Below, piece by piece: positions 1 through 9,473 of a stretch of 64,000 bases of DNA. The stretch lies in contig JAJUJM010000007.1 of assembly GCA_029265315.1 (NCBI GenBank), positions 27,270 to 91,269 on the forward strand, read 5' to 3'. The stretch comes from Actinomycetota bacterium. GTDB lineage: Bacteria > Actinomycetota > Coriobacteriia > Anaerosomatales > PHET01. The notes under the pieces are model-generated. The model searched no databases and was not told the DNA's origin. It saw nothing but the letters and a program-made list of their open reading frames with translations. How positions within the stretch are numbered: the stretch's first letter is position 1; each line of letters starts with the position of its first letter. Position numbers and translations under genes: made by a program.

Positions 1-2
1 AC

Positions 3-671
3 GGCACGAGCGAACTCTCGCCGCACCTCACGTTCGGCGAGATCTCACCACGATCAGTCGTGTCCGCGATACTCGCCGAGCACGGCGAGGACGTGGCCGC
101 GCCGTTCCTGCGCCAACTCGCGTGGCGTGAGTTCGCCGCTCACGTGCTGCTCGCCCACCCTGAGACAGTCTCACGCCCCCTGAGGCCCGAGTTCGAAGGG
201 TTCGAGTGGCGTGAGGACGCTCAAGCGCTCGACGCGTGGAAGGAGGGGCGGACCGGCTTTGCGCTCGTGGACGCCGGCATGCGTCAGCTCGCCGAGACGG
301 GCTGGATGCACAACCGTGTGCGTCTCGTGTGCGGCTCGTTCCTGACCAAGGACCTGCTCGTGAACTGGCGGCGCGGCGAGGAGCACTTCCGCGAGACGCT
401 CGTCGACCACGACCCGGCGTCGAACGTCTTCAACTGGCAATGGGTGGCCGGCTCAGGCGCCGACGCCGCCCCCTACTTCCGCGTGTTCAACCCCTCGCTG
501 CAGGCCGCCCGCTTCGACCCGGACGGCGCCTACGTGAAGCGATGGGTGCCTGAGCTGGGGACGGACCGGTACCCGAAGCCGATGCTTGACCACGCCACGG
601 CACGGATGCGAGCTCTTGCGGCCTACGAAGCGCTCAAGCGGACGGGTGCACCGCCGGGCCCGCGGAGATGA
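3..671 (+). CDS. phrB: DNA photolyase/cryptochrome, FAD-binding C-terminal part (5' truncated by window edge)
   Basis: Frame open from nt 3 (GTSELSPHLTFGEIS); motifs LAWREF, GRTGFALVDAGMRQLAETGWMHNRVR, NWQWVAGSGADAAPYFRVFNP. Confidence 0.93.
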   Translation, partial: GTSELSPHLTFGEISPRSVVSAILAEHGEDVAAPFLRQLAWREFAAHVLLAHPETVSRPLRPEFEGFEWREDAQALDAWKEGRTGFALVDAGMRQLAETGWMHNRVRLVCGSFLTKDLLVNWRRGEEHFRETLVDHDPASNVFNWQWVAGSGADAAPYFRVFNPSLQAARFDPDGAYVKRWVPELGTDRYPKPMLDHATARMRALAAYEALKRTGAPPGPRR

Positions 672-680
672 CGCTCACGA

Positions 681-1145
681 CTACTGGGTCGACTTCGTGA
701 GCACGTAGGTGATCGTGACCGTTCCGCCGGGTTCCTCAGCGAGCGTCACGAGACCTTCGTGAGTGCTGTTGGACACGGTGAGGACCGCGGTCCGGGCCCC
801 CGTCTCGCCCTCCTCGGTCTGCACGACCTCCCAGCCCGCGTCCTCGAACCCCTTCGCGGTGCCAGCGAGCACGTCCACGTAGGGGTCGTTCGTCACCAGC
901 GTGAGGTTGTAGGCCGTCCGAGTCGCCTGCGAGTCATCGACCGTCGCACCCGGCCACAAGGGAGTGCCCTCAGGCATCCACGACGCGAGGTCGCCGTCGA
1001 CCGCTGCCCCCGGAGCGGCGACGGTCGCTTCGATGGTGACGACCTTCGGCTTCGGCGTGAATGCCGCCTCGAGGCGAGCGCAACCCGAGAGTCCCGCGGC
1101 CGCGGCGATCAAGACCAGAGATGTCGGGAGACGACGCAACGACAC
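681..1145 (-). CDS. hypothetical lipoprotein
   Basis: N-terminal hydrophobic stretch ending in a lipobox (GLSGC); directly downstream of tRNA-Sec. Confidence 0.7.
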   Translation of the reverse strand: MSLRRLPTSLVLIAAAAGLSGCARLEAAFTPKPKVVTIEATVAAPGAAVDGDLASWMPEGTPLWPGATVDDSQATRTAYNLTLVTNDPYVDVLAGTAKGFEDAGWEVVQTEEGETGARTAVLTVSNSTHEGLVTLAEEPGGTVTITYVLTKSTQ

Positions 1146-1217
1146 GGTGCAAGCACCCCTTCAGATCGGCGACACGAACGCCCCGCGGCGCACGCGAGGC
1201 GTCATCTGCAGCATATA

Positions 1218-1314
1218 TGGCGGAGGCGTGTGCGAATCGAACACACCCGAGAGGCTCTTCACCCCTCACGACGGTTTTGAAGACCGCGGAGCCCACCAGG
1301 ACCCATCCGCCTCC
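1218..1314 (-). tRNA. selC: tRNA-Sec (anticodon UCA)
   Basis: Reverse complement GGAGGCGG...GCGGTCTTCAAAACCGT...long variable arm...GTTCGATTC...CGCCTCCGCCA; 97 nt with CCA end; selA, selB and selD nearby. Confidence 0.96.
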
Positions 1315-1322
1315 GTCGGAGG

Positions 1323-1351
1323 ATTGTGGGGTGGCGCACCGTAGGTGTCAA
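1323..1351 (-). promoter_or_regulatory. sigma70-type promoter of selC
   Basis: TTGACA-N17-CACAAT ending 8 nt before the tRNA 5' end. Confidence 0.7.
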
Positions 1352-1405
1352 ACCCTTCCGGCTCCGACCGCGCGATCGACACACACTTCCGCCTGACCCG
1401 CATGC

Positions 1406-1445
1406 GCATGAGAGTTCTCTCATGCACCCCTAATACCATCCTCAT
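1406..1445 (+). promoter_or_regulatory. putative OmpR-family response-regulator binding region
   Basis: CTCAT/CTAAT/CTCAT at 1419, 1430 and 1441 (11-bp period), overlapping inverted repeat GCATGAGAG-TT-CTCTCATGC; upstream of the operon holding the response regulator. Confidence 0.5.
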
Positions 1446-1505
1446 CCATCAGAGCGATTGTCAGTGGTATGAACCGGAACGGTCACCTCTTGTGGCGGTG
1501 AGACG

Positions 1506-2060
1506 GTGCACTCTCTGAACGCACAGCGCGCATTGGTCGCGGCGGGTTCGATGACGTTGCTGACCGCCGCAGCGATCCTCATCGTGCAGGGCGCCGCGTT
1601 CGCCCGCCGCCCCTCGCCGTCCGCCGTGATAGCGATCGATCGCGCAATCGACACATCGCCTGTACCGAGAGGAGTCTCCGCCACCGGCTCCCGGGCGCCT
1701 GTCGAGACCCGGCATGACCGAGGAATGGAGCAGAGCCCGGTGTCACCCACCGGCCCACTGACCGCCGGACCTGACAATGGCTCGCCCCTCTCGCCGTTCC
1801 GAGGACCCTCGGCCGGTGCGGCTGCGGTCGATGCGGATGGCGACGAGGACCCCGGGGACCGTAGCGACGACCGCGAGACCGTGCGGCCTCCCGTTCGTGA
1901 CGACAGCGATCCGGGCGAAGACGCGGACGAACGCGGGCAAGAGTCACGTGAGGACACGCACGATTCGGATGAACCGGATGCTGATGAGGACCGACCCGAA
2001 TCGAGCCGTGGCGATTCGGAGTATCGCAGCGAGGACGAACCCGCGTACGGGAATGATTAG
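1506..2060 (+). CDS. secreted protein with disordered, very acidic (D/E-rich) C-terminus
   Basis: Signal-like segment ending AAFA; low-complexity acidic tail; precedes the two-component genes. Confidence 0.55.
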   Translation: MHSLNAQRALVAAGSMTLLTAAAILIVQGAAFARRPSPSAVIAIDRAIDTSPVPRGVSATGSRAPVETRHDRGMEQSPVSPTGPLTAGPDNGSPLSPFRGPSAGAAAVDADGDEDPGDRSDDRETVRPPVRDDSDPGEDADERGQESREDTHDSDEPDADEDRPESSRGDSEYRSEDEPAYGND

Positions 2061-2126
2061 CGCGACGCCGATGAACGGCGTATCCCCGACCGACCCGACG
2101 GGCCACCTCGCGAAGCGGAGCCGCAC

Positions 2127-2792
2127 GTGAACATACTGCTCATCGAGGACGAGGACAGCGTGGCCTCGTTCATCTCCAAGGGTCTGGCCGCCGAAGGCCA
2201 CCGTGTGGAACGCGCCTCCAGCGTCGCTCAAGGCACGGCCCTGGCGCTCTCGTACGATTTCGATCTCGTGCTTCTGGACCTCGTACTGCCTGACGGACGC
2301 GGCGAGCAGGTGCTGTCTCGCGTACGGCCGGAGAAGCCAGACGTGCCCGTCATCGTCGTGTCGGCGCTCGGCGATGTCGAGGACAAGGTCTCCCTGCTCG
2401 ACCTAGGCGCCAACGACTACCTTGTGAAACCGTTCGCTTTCGCCGAGCTTGCAGCCCGAGTGAGGGCTGCGGGGCGAGGATCGCAAGCGTCATGCCGCGA
2501 ACTGCATGCAGCCGATATCACGCTCGACACCCGGACCCGCGTCGTCACCCGAGGCGACATCAAGGCGGACCTGCCGAGCCGTGAGTTCGCACTCATGGAG
2601 TACCTGATGCGGCACGCCGGTCAGGTCATGACACGCCAGCAACTCCTCGACGCCGTCTGGGGCATCGGATTCGACACAGAGAGCAATGTGGTGGATGTCT
2701 ACGTGAGCTACCTGAGGCGTAAGCTGGACAGGCCGGGGATGCCATCCGCGATCGAGACCGTCCGTGGGGCGGGCTACCGTGTCAGAGCATAG
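2127..2792 (+). CDS. OmpR/PhoB-family response regulator
   Basis: LLIEDE, LLDLVLP (phospho-Asp), GANDYLVKPF, winged-helix NVVDVYVSYLRRKL...IETVRGAGY. Confidence 0.96.
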   Translation: MNILLIEDEDSVASFISKGLAAEGHRVERASSVAQGTALALSYDFDLVLLDLVLPDGRGEQVLSRVRPEKPDVPVIVVSALGDVEDKVSLLDLGANDYLVKPFAFAELAARVRAAGRGSQASCRELHAADITLDTRTRVVTRGDIKADLPSREFALMEYLMRHAGQVMTRQQLLDAVWGIGFDTESNVVDVYVSYLRRKLDRPGMPSAIETVRGAGYRVRA

Positions 2793-4194
2793 GCACACGC
2801 TGTCGGCAAGCGCGCGGGTCATGTTGGCGATGACAGGTGTGCTGGCCGCGACGTTGGTCGCGCTCGTGAGCACCACCATCGTCGCTACCTACGCCACAGC
2901 GCGTCGCTCTGTCGACGACACGCTCGTCAGGGAGGCGGACGCGTACGGAGCCGCCATCGCCGGTGCTCCGAACAACCAGAGCCTCGTCGAAGCGACTCGT
3001 TCGTACCTGTCCGGCAGAGACCCCGCCAAGTCCGGGCTCGAACCGCTCTTGGTGCTCGCTCTCGCGGACGGACGCACCATCGCCAATTCGGAGGTCGCCC
3101 TCGAAGACGTCCCACTGCCTGACAAGGGTTTTGGCGACGCCTCAGTCGGAACCGACAGTTACCGGGTTCTCGCTGTGCCCGTGAGAGCACGCGATGGCGC
3201 CGCCGCAACCTTCTATGCTGCGCTCTCGGCCCGAATAGCGGGAGAGACGGTGCGCGAAGTGGTCACACCGCTCTTGACGGCTGGCCTCATCGCGCTCGCA
3301 CTCGCGCTCCCGCTGTCGTACCTGGCGACGCGACGGGCCTTGCGGCCGCTCGTACGCATGGCCGCCGACGCGGAGCACATCGGCTCTGACCCCACGGTCA
3401 CCAGCATCACCTACGACGGACCAGACGACGAGCTCGGCGTGCTCGCCGGTGCGCTCACCCATATGCTCGAACGCCTCGAGAGGGCGGCGGCTGATCAACG
3501 TGCCTTCGTCGCCGATGCGAGCCATGAACTACGGACTCCCGTTGCGGTCATACGAGGGAATTCCGAGCTGTTGCTGTCGGGCACGCTGTCCGAAGGGGAC
3601 GCTCGAGAGTCACTCCGACAGATCGAACTGGAAGCTCGGCGCATGGGAAGACTGCTCGACGAACTCCTGGGGCTGGCCCGGCTCGAAGCGGGTATCCGCG
3701 AGCGATTCCAACCACTGTCCCTGCCCGTCGCACTGCAGGAGGCTGCGGTGCGCGGCCGCGCACTTGGAACCCGCGACATCCGCGTGGATGCCATCTGCGA
3801 CACCTGGGTCATGGGGCAGCCTGATCTGATCGACCAAGCTCTTGCCAACCTGGTACGGAACGCCGTAACCCATACATCACCGGGTGGGAGAATCACTCTG
3901 ACGTGCGACGAGTCGGACGGCATCGCCCGCATCCACGTCACCGATGATGGACCCGGCGTCCCCGCAAGCGAAAGCGAGCGTATCTTCGACCGGTTCCACC
4001 GCGCCGCCGGGTCCTCGAGAGATGACGCGACCGGAGGTGCCGGGCTCGGTCTGACGATCACCAGACGTCTCATCGAACTTCACGGTGGCAGCATCCGCGT
4101 GGAGCAGGCCGAGCCCACCGGCGCCCGGTTCGTCATAGAGTTGCCCGCACTCACGCCCTCCGAAGCGTCCGGAAGTCCCCTTCCCGCTTCGTGA
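2779..4194 (+). CDS. membrane sensor histidine kinase (HAMP-HisKA-HATPase)
   Basis: Two TM segments, HAMP, ASHELRTP H-box, NLVRNA, DDGPG, GAGLGL; start uncertain (2764 or 2779); 44-nt convergent overlap with selB. Confidence 0.95.
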   Translation: MSEHRHTLSASARVMLAMTGVLAATLVALVSTTIVATYATARRSVDDTLVREADAYGAAIAGAPNNQSLVEATRSYLSGRDPAKSGLEPLLVLALADGRTIANSEVALEDVPLPDKGFGDASVGTDSYRVLAVPVRARDGAAATFYAALSARIAGETVREVVTPLLTAGLIALALALPLSYLATRRALRPLVRMAADAEHIGSDPTVTSITYDGPDDELGVLAGALTHMLERLERAAADQRAFVADASHELRTPVAVIRGNSELLLSGTLSEGDARESLRQIELEARRMGRLLDELLGLARLEAGIRERFQPLSLPVALQEAAVRGRALGTRDIRVDAICDTWVMGQPDLIDQALANLVRNAVTHTSPGGRITLTCDESDGIARIHVTDDGPGVPASESERIFDRFHRAAGSSRDDATGGAGLGLTITRRLIELHGGSIRVEQAEPTGARFVIELPALTPSEASGSPLPAS

Positions 4195-6064
4195 ACCCCT
4201 GCGAGTCGAGGTACTCGAGCAGCGGGATCGCGTACTTCCGGGAGAGGCCCAGCGCTTCGCGCAGCTCACTCGTGGTCGCGCCCTCAGGTCGCACCGTGAA
4301 GTGACGTTCCAGGGCCTGGCGCACCTCGTCAATCGCATCGGGACCAAAGTGCAGGTCGCTCGACACGCGCACGAGGCGCCCGTCTGCCACGAGCTTGGCG
4401 AGGGCCTTGCGGGCGACTGTGGCGTCGATGCCTGTCGCGGAGAGCAGTTCGCCCAGCGTGGGCGGAGCGGTCCCGGCCGCTTCGATCCTTGGCAGCAACG
4501 CCTCCATCGCTTCAGCCTCCGCGGCGAGAGCTGAGACCGCAGCCTGCGGGTGACGGACGAGGCCCTTCTCGCTGAGGGCCACCCCTCGCTCGACGGCCAC
4601 CTCCAGCAGCGCGTCGAAGACACGTCCCGGCAAGCGCCGGTCGACGCGGTCCCGCAACGCGCCGGTGGCCATACCGGTCGCCTTCTCGTCGGCCTCGTGG
4701 AAAGCGAGGAGTTCACGCTCGATCGCCGCCACGATCGCGTCTCGGGCCTCGGCGGTCACGAAGTAGGTGTCGTTCCCGACCTTCAGGCGCTCGAGGGCGG
4801 CCTTGTTGAGCTCGTCGGCCACCTTGGCCCTGGGTACCCCGAGTGCCGCGGCGACCTCGGCGCTCGTCATCGGCATGGCGCGGGATGCGAGCAGGCCGAC
4901 GCTCGCCTGCGAGAGGTCGTGGGCGAGCAACGCCTCGAGCAACTCACGCTCGTGCGGTTTGAGTGTGGTACGACGCGGTGGCAGCGCGTCGAGCACGACA
5001 CCGCCGCCGATCGTGTATACCGGCGAGTAGCTCCGCACTATGAAGCGGTCGTCGTAACGCGGCGCCAGCGGCTCTTCAAGGCGCACCTGGGCCAGTCCGC
5101 TCTCGCCGCGCCTCAACTCCGCATGGTCGACGAGCAACACGCGGCCGAGCACCTCGCGCGTCCCGTGGTGGACGTGCACGCGGGCACCCGATTCGAACGT
5201 CTTGTCCTCGCCAGGAAGACCGAGGTAGGTGAAGCGCGCATCGAAGCGGTCCGTGACGGTGAGCGTTCCCGGTGCTGCGATGATGTCGCCACGGCTGATC
5301 TGGTCACGCTCCACGCCGGCGACGTTCATCGCCACGCGCTGCCCGGCCACCGCCCTCTCAACGTTCTCGCCGTGCACCTGCACGCCGCGCACCCGTGCCT
5401 GGATGCGTTCGGGGTAGATCTCGACTGGGTCGTCTTTCGAGGCCGCTCCCGACCACATCGTGCCTGTCACGACCGTGCCCGCACCGGCGATCGTGAACAC
5501 GCGGTCGACCGGCAGGCGCATGGGCAGGTCGGCGTGCCGGCTGGGGGCGGCGAGCGCGATCTCATCGAGCGTGGCGAGCAGCTCCGGTATCCCCTCTCCC
5601 GTCCGGGCGGAGACGGCCACCACAGGTGCATCGGCGAGCGCGGTGCCTGCCAGAAGCGCCCTCACGTCCTCGGCGACCATGGCCGCCCACTCGGGTTCGA
5701 CGAGGTCTGACTTGGTGAGCGCGACGACTCCCCGGTCAACGCCGAGCAGGTCCAGGATGGCCAGGTGCTCGCGCGTCTGCGGCATGACCCCGTCATCGGC
5801 TGCGACGCACAGCATCACGACGTCGATGCCCGTCGCCCCCGCCACCATCTGCCGCACGAACCTCTCATGCCCGGGGACATCGACCACGCCCATCGACCGC
5901 CCGCTCGGCAGCTCGAGTCTGGCGAAGCCGAGCTCGATGGTGATCCCGCGGTCCTTCTCCTCTTTGAGGCGGTCCGGGTCCGTTCCTGTGAGTGCTTTGA
6001 TGAGCGAGGACTTGCCGTGGTCGATGTGACCGGCGGTGCCCAGGACAAGGGAGGGCGCGCTCAT
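4151..6064 (-). CDS. selB: selenocysteine-specific translation elongation factor
   Basis: [29 protein letters not shown]; C-terminal winged helix [14 protein letters not shown]. Confidence 0.97.
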   Translation of the reverse strand: MSAPSLVLGTAGHIDHGKSSLIKALTGTDPDRLKEEKDRGITIELGFARLELPSGRSMGVVDVPGHERFVRQMVAGATGIDVVMLCVAADDGVMPQTREHLAILDLLGVDRGVVALTKSDLVEPEWAAMVAEDVRALLAGTALADAPVVAVSARTGEGIPELLATLDEIALAAPSRHADLPMRLPVDRVFTIAGAGTVVTGTMWSGAASKDDPVEIYPERIQARVRGVQVHGENVERAVAGQRVAMNVAGVERDQISRGDIIAAPGTLTVTDRFDARFTYLGLPGEDKTFESGARVHVHHGTREVLGRVLLVDHAELRRGESGLAQVRLEEPLAPRYDDRFIVRSYSPVYTIGGGVVLDALPPRRTTLKPHERELLEALLAHDLSQASVGLLASRAMPMTSAEVAAALGVPRAKVADELNKAALERLKVGNDTYFVTAEARDAIVAAIERELLAFHEADEKATGMATGALRDRVDRRLPGRVFDALLEVAVERGVALSEKGLVRHPQAAVSALAAEAEAMEALLPRIEAAGTAPPTLGELLSATGIDATVARKALAKLVADGRLVRVSSDLHFGPDAIDEVRQALERHFTVRPEGATTSELREALGLSRKYAIPLLEYLDSQGFTKREGDFRTLRRA

Positions 6065-7464
6065 CTCACGTCGGCCCCGGCCAGCCGAGTGAGCGCCTCG
6101 ATGACGTCGGCCTCATCGGCCGCGGTCAATGTGCGTGGGTCGAGCAGCACACGGTCGTCCACTATGCGCGCGATGATGTGCGGCTCGCCCGTGCGCAGCC
6201 TGTGTTCCAGCTCGTTCGCACTCATGTGCTGGGGAGCGAGCGCGACGCAGACCGTGGGGATGTCGGCCATGGGGAGCGCTCCACCCCCCGCGCGGCTCAC
6301 GTCCTCGGTGGTTCCCGCCAGGTATGCGCCTTCGCAGCGCCGTGCGATCTCATTCGCGAGCCTGGACGCCCTCGCGGCGATCTCCGTCTTCGTGGCGGTG
6401 AGCATCCGCAGCGTCGGGATCCGCTCAACGGCCCGGTCGGGGTCCAGGTACAGGCGCAACGTCGTCTCGAGTGCAGCCAGAGTCATCTTGTCCAAGCGCA
6501 TCGCACGTGCCAATGGATGCTTCTTCAGGCGAGCGATCACATCCGCTTTGCCTGCGATGATTCCCGCCTGCGGGCCGCCCAAGAGTTTGTCGCCCGAACA
6601 GGTCACCACGTGCGCTCCTGCCGCCACGCTCTCCGAGACGGTCGGCTCGTACGGCAGGCCCCACCGGCGCAGGTCGATAAGCACACCAGACCCCTGGTCC
6701 TCCATGACCGGGACTCCGTGCCGGGCCCCCAGCGCGACGAGATCGGCGAGTGCGACCTCCTCGGTGAAGCCGACGACGCGGTAGTTGCTCGTGTGCACCT
6801 TGAGCAACAGTCCCGTCTCAGATGTCAGAGCAGCCTCGTAGTCTCGCAGATGGGTCTTGTTCGTCGTGCCCACCTCGACCATCTTCGCGCCCGACTCCGC
6901 CATGACGTCGGGCACACGGAAGGAGCCGCCGATCTCAACGAGCTGACCGCGCGACACAATCGCCTCTTTGCCGCGCGCAAGCGCCGCCAGGGCCATCATC
7001 ACCGCCGCTGCGTTGTTGTTGACCGCCATGGCCGCCTCAGCGCCCGTGAGGCGACAGATGAGCGACTCGACGTGCACATGACGACTGCCGCGCACGCCGT
7101 CATCGACGTCGTACTCGAGCGTCGAGTAGCCACGGGCGACATCGGCCACGGCATCGACGGCCTCTGCGGCGAGAGGCGAGCGACCGAGGTTCGTGTGCAC
7201 GACGATCCCGGTCGCGTTGATGACGCGGCGCAGGCTGCTGCGCGCCCTGAGCTGGGCACGTGAGAGCGCGGCGCCAGCCAGCGCGTCGGCAGAGACATCG
7301 ACCGCCTCACCAGAGCGTATGGCTGCTCTGGCGTCGTCGATCACGGCGCGGACAGCCTCGACGACGAGTGCTCGGGGCACCGCCTGCGTGAGCGCCTCGA
7401 TGTCTTCGCGCATGAGGAGGGCGTCGACCTTGGGAAGCTGCCGGAGCAGCGAGTTCGTCTCCAT
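6061..7464 (-). CDS. selA: L-seryl-tRNA(Sec) selenium transferase
   Basis: VINATGIVVHTNLGR, VNNNAAA, EIGGSFRVP, EVGTTNKT, SGDKLLGGPQAG (PLP lysine). Confidence 0.97.
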   Translation of the reverse strand: METNSLLRQLPKVDALLMREDIEALTQAVPRALVVEAVRAVIDDARAAIRSGEAVDVSADALAGAALSRAQLRARSSLRRVINATGIVVHTNLGRSPLAAEAVDAVADVARGYSTLEYDVDDGVRGSRHVHVESLICRLTGAEAAMAVNNNAAAVMMALAALARGKEAIVSRGQLVEIGGSFRVPDVMAESGAKMVEVGTTNKTHLRDYEAALTSETGLLLKVHTSNYRVVGFTEEVALADLVALGARHGVPVMEDQGSGVLIDLRRWGLPYEPTVSESVAAGAHVVTCSGDKLLGGPQAGIIAGKADVIARLKKHPLARAMRLDKMTLAALETTLRLYLDPDRAVERIPTLRMLTATKTEIAARASRLANEIARRCEGAYLAGTTEDVSRAGGGALPMADIPTVCVALAPQHMSANELEHRLRTGEPHIIARIVDDRVLLDPRTLTAADEADVIEALTRLAGADVR

Positions 7465-7511
7465 GCAAGCGATTGTAGCTCGACCGTCGCCGCCGTGTTG
7501 CATACGGTCGT

Positions 7512-7850
7512 TCAGGCTATGGTCACCACATCGTCAGGCCCGAGCAGCGCCGCCACCGATTCGACCATCGTACCCACCTCGCCTACGGCGACCTTGTCTT
7601 TGAGACCGAGGTAGTCAAGGCAGGTGCCACAGGCCCGAACCGCGATTCCGCGCTCAACACACAGCCTGAGGTCCTCGAGCGAGGCAGAGCCCTCACATAC
7701 GAGCCTCACCCCGCGGTTCATGAACATGAGCGCCGCCGGGACATCGTCCACCCGCGCGACCGAATACAGGAAGTTCTTCATGAGTATGGCGCCCAGATCC
7801 CCTTCGGCGGAGCCGATGACATCGGACAGGATGAGCAAGCGCTTCGACAT
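7512..7850 (-). CDS. DsrE-domain protein (C-terminal half of YedF-type selenium metabolism protein)
   Basis: LGAILMKNFL, FMNRGVRL, ACGTCLDYLGL, VGEVGTM; adjacent to selA. Confidence 0.85.
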   Translation of the reverse strand: MSKRLLILSDVIGSAEGDLGAILMKNFLYSVARVDDVPAALMFMNRGVRLVCEGSASLEDLRLCVERGIAVRACGTCLDYLGLKDKVAVGEVGTMVESVAALLGPDDVVTIA

Positions 7851-7965
7851 GGCCACCTCGCATAAGGACGACTTATCTGATTGGCGGTGTTCAGATTATC
7901 GCTTCGCATGTGATGACGCCACCGCACATCGAAGCGCCACCGGCTCATTCGGGAAAGAACCGTGC

Positions 7966-8355
7966 ATGAACCCTTGGTACGCCGCCTTGGCCAAACCCGC
8001 TTGGACGCCGGCCCCAGCGGTCATCGGCGCGATATGGACGGTGCTCTACCCCATCATCTTCGCCGCGTACGGGTACGCGGCCGCCAAAGCGCTCGGCGGC
8101 GCGATGCCCCGCACCGTGCTGCTGCCCATCGCCATCAACCTGGCCGCGAACTTCGCCTTCACGCCGATCCAGTTCGGCCTGAAGAGCCTGCCGCTCGCAT
8201 CGCTCGACATACTCGTGGTGCTTCTCACGATTCCTTGGTCGATGGCGCTGCTCTGGCCGTATTCCCGACTCGCCGCAGCGGCGTTGTCGCCCTACCTCGT
8301 GTGGGTCGGTATCGCCACGGTGTTGCAGCTGAGCATCACGTGGATGAATCGCTGA
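7966..8355 (+). CDS. tspO: TspO/MBR family protein (short form)
   Basis: WYAALAKPAWTP, IWTVLY, NFAFTPIQFG, PYLVWVGIATVL. Confidence 0.88.
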   Translation: MNPWYAALAKPAWTPAPAVIGAIWTVLYPIIFAAYGYAAAKALGGAMPRTVLLPIAINLAANFAFTPIQFGLKSLPLASLDILVVLLTIPWSMALLWPYSRLAAAALSPYLVWVGIATVLQLSITWMNR

Positions 8356-8426
8356 GCCCCGGCTCCGATGAGTGATGTTTCGCTCGCCTTGGAATCGCGC
8401 ACCCGTGGCGCCTGCGGCCCGGCTCG

Positions 8427-9473
8427 CTACCGTACCGTGATGACCCCGTGGCCTTCCCCGGTGAAGCGCCCGACCACCCAGCCTTTGACGCCCCGCGTCT
8501 CGAGTGCGGCGAGCACCTGATCACGCAGCGGCTCGGAAACGGCCATCATCAGGCCGCCGCTCGTCTGTGGGTCGCACAACACACGCATCAACACGTCGCG
8601 GTCGCGGTCACTGTGCCAGCGGACGAAATCGTTCGCCCAAGCCACGACCTCGGCGGTCCTGCCGGGCGCCACATTCCGCTCCGCCCAGTCGAGGGCGCCG
8701 TCGAACAGCGGTATCGCGTCGACACGGATCTCAGCGCCACACCCGCTGGCGGCAGCCATCTCATGCAGGTGGCCGAGCAGCCCGAAACCGGTCACGTCAG
8801 TCGCGGCGTGCACCCCCACCTCGACCATGGCCTCACTGGCTGCACGGTTGAGCTCAGCCATGGATTCGATCACCTGACGAGCATCGTCCTCACTGACGAG
8901 CTCGCGTTTGAGTGCGGTGCCCCACAACCCCGTTCCGAGCGGCTTGGTGAGCACGATCTCATCGCCGGGTAGCGCTCCCCTGTTGCGGATGACACGGTCA
9001 GGATGCACTGTGCCGAAGACCGACAGCCCGAACTTCGGTTCCTTGTCGTCTATCGTGTGCCCGCCCACGACGACCGCACCCGCCTCAAGCACCTTCTCCG
9101 CACCGCCTCGCACGACCTCGCCCACCACGTCCGGCCCGAGCGAGCACGGGAACGCGAGCAGGTTCATCACGGCGAGGGGCCTGCCCCCCATGGCGTAGAC
9201 GTCGGACAGCGCGTTGGCGGCCGTGATGCGCCCGAAGTCGTACGGGTCATCCACGATCGGAGTGAAGAAGTCGACCGTCAGCAGAGCAGCGGAATCATCC
9301 GACAGCCGGTAGACGGCCGCGTCATCGCTCGTCTCGAACCCGAGCATGAGCGCGTCGGAGAAACCCGGTGCGATCCCGTCGAGCACGGCCTGGAGGTCCG
9401 CCGGACCCCACTTGGCCGCTCAACCGGCTTTGCTCGAGAGGCTCGTGAGCCTCACACGCTGCTCCTCGGTCAC
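8427..9473 (-). CDS. selD: selenide, water dikinase, selenocysteine-containing (UGA at 9420-9422)
   Basis: GTG at 9473 gives MTEEQRVRLTSLSSKAG-U-AAKWGP, in frame with DDAAVY, TVDFFTPIVDDP, GGHT, TDVTGFGLLGH, DPQTSGGL. Confidence 0.96.
9385..9419 (-). promoter_or_regulatory. bacterial SECIS-like hairpin of selD
   Basis: Immediately 3' of the UGA: GCGGCC-AAG-TGGGGTCC-GGC-GGACCTCCA-GGCCGT forms a two-part stem with a G-containing apical loop. Confidence 0.75.

Noticed and set aside
7624-7965. N-terminal extension of tspO in the ORF track
   Set aside because: Antisense to the DsrE-like gene and not TspO-like
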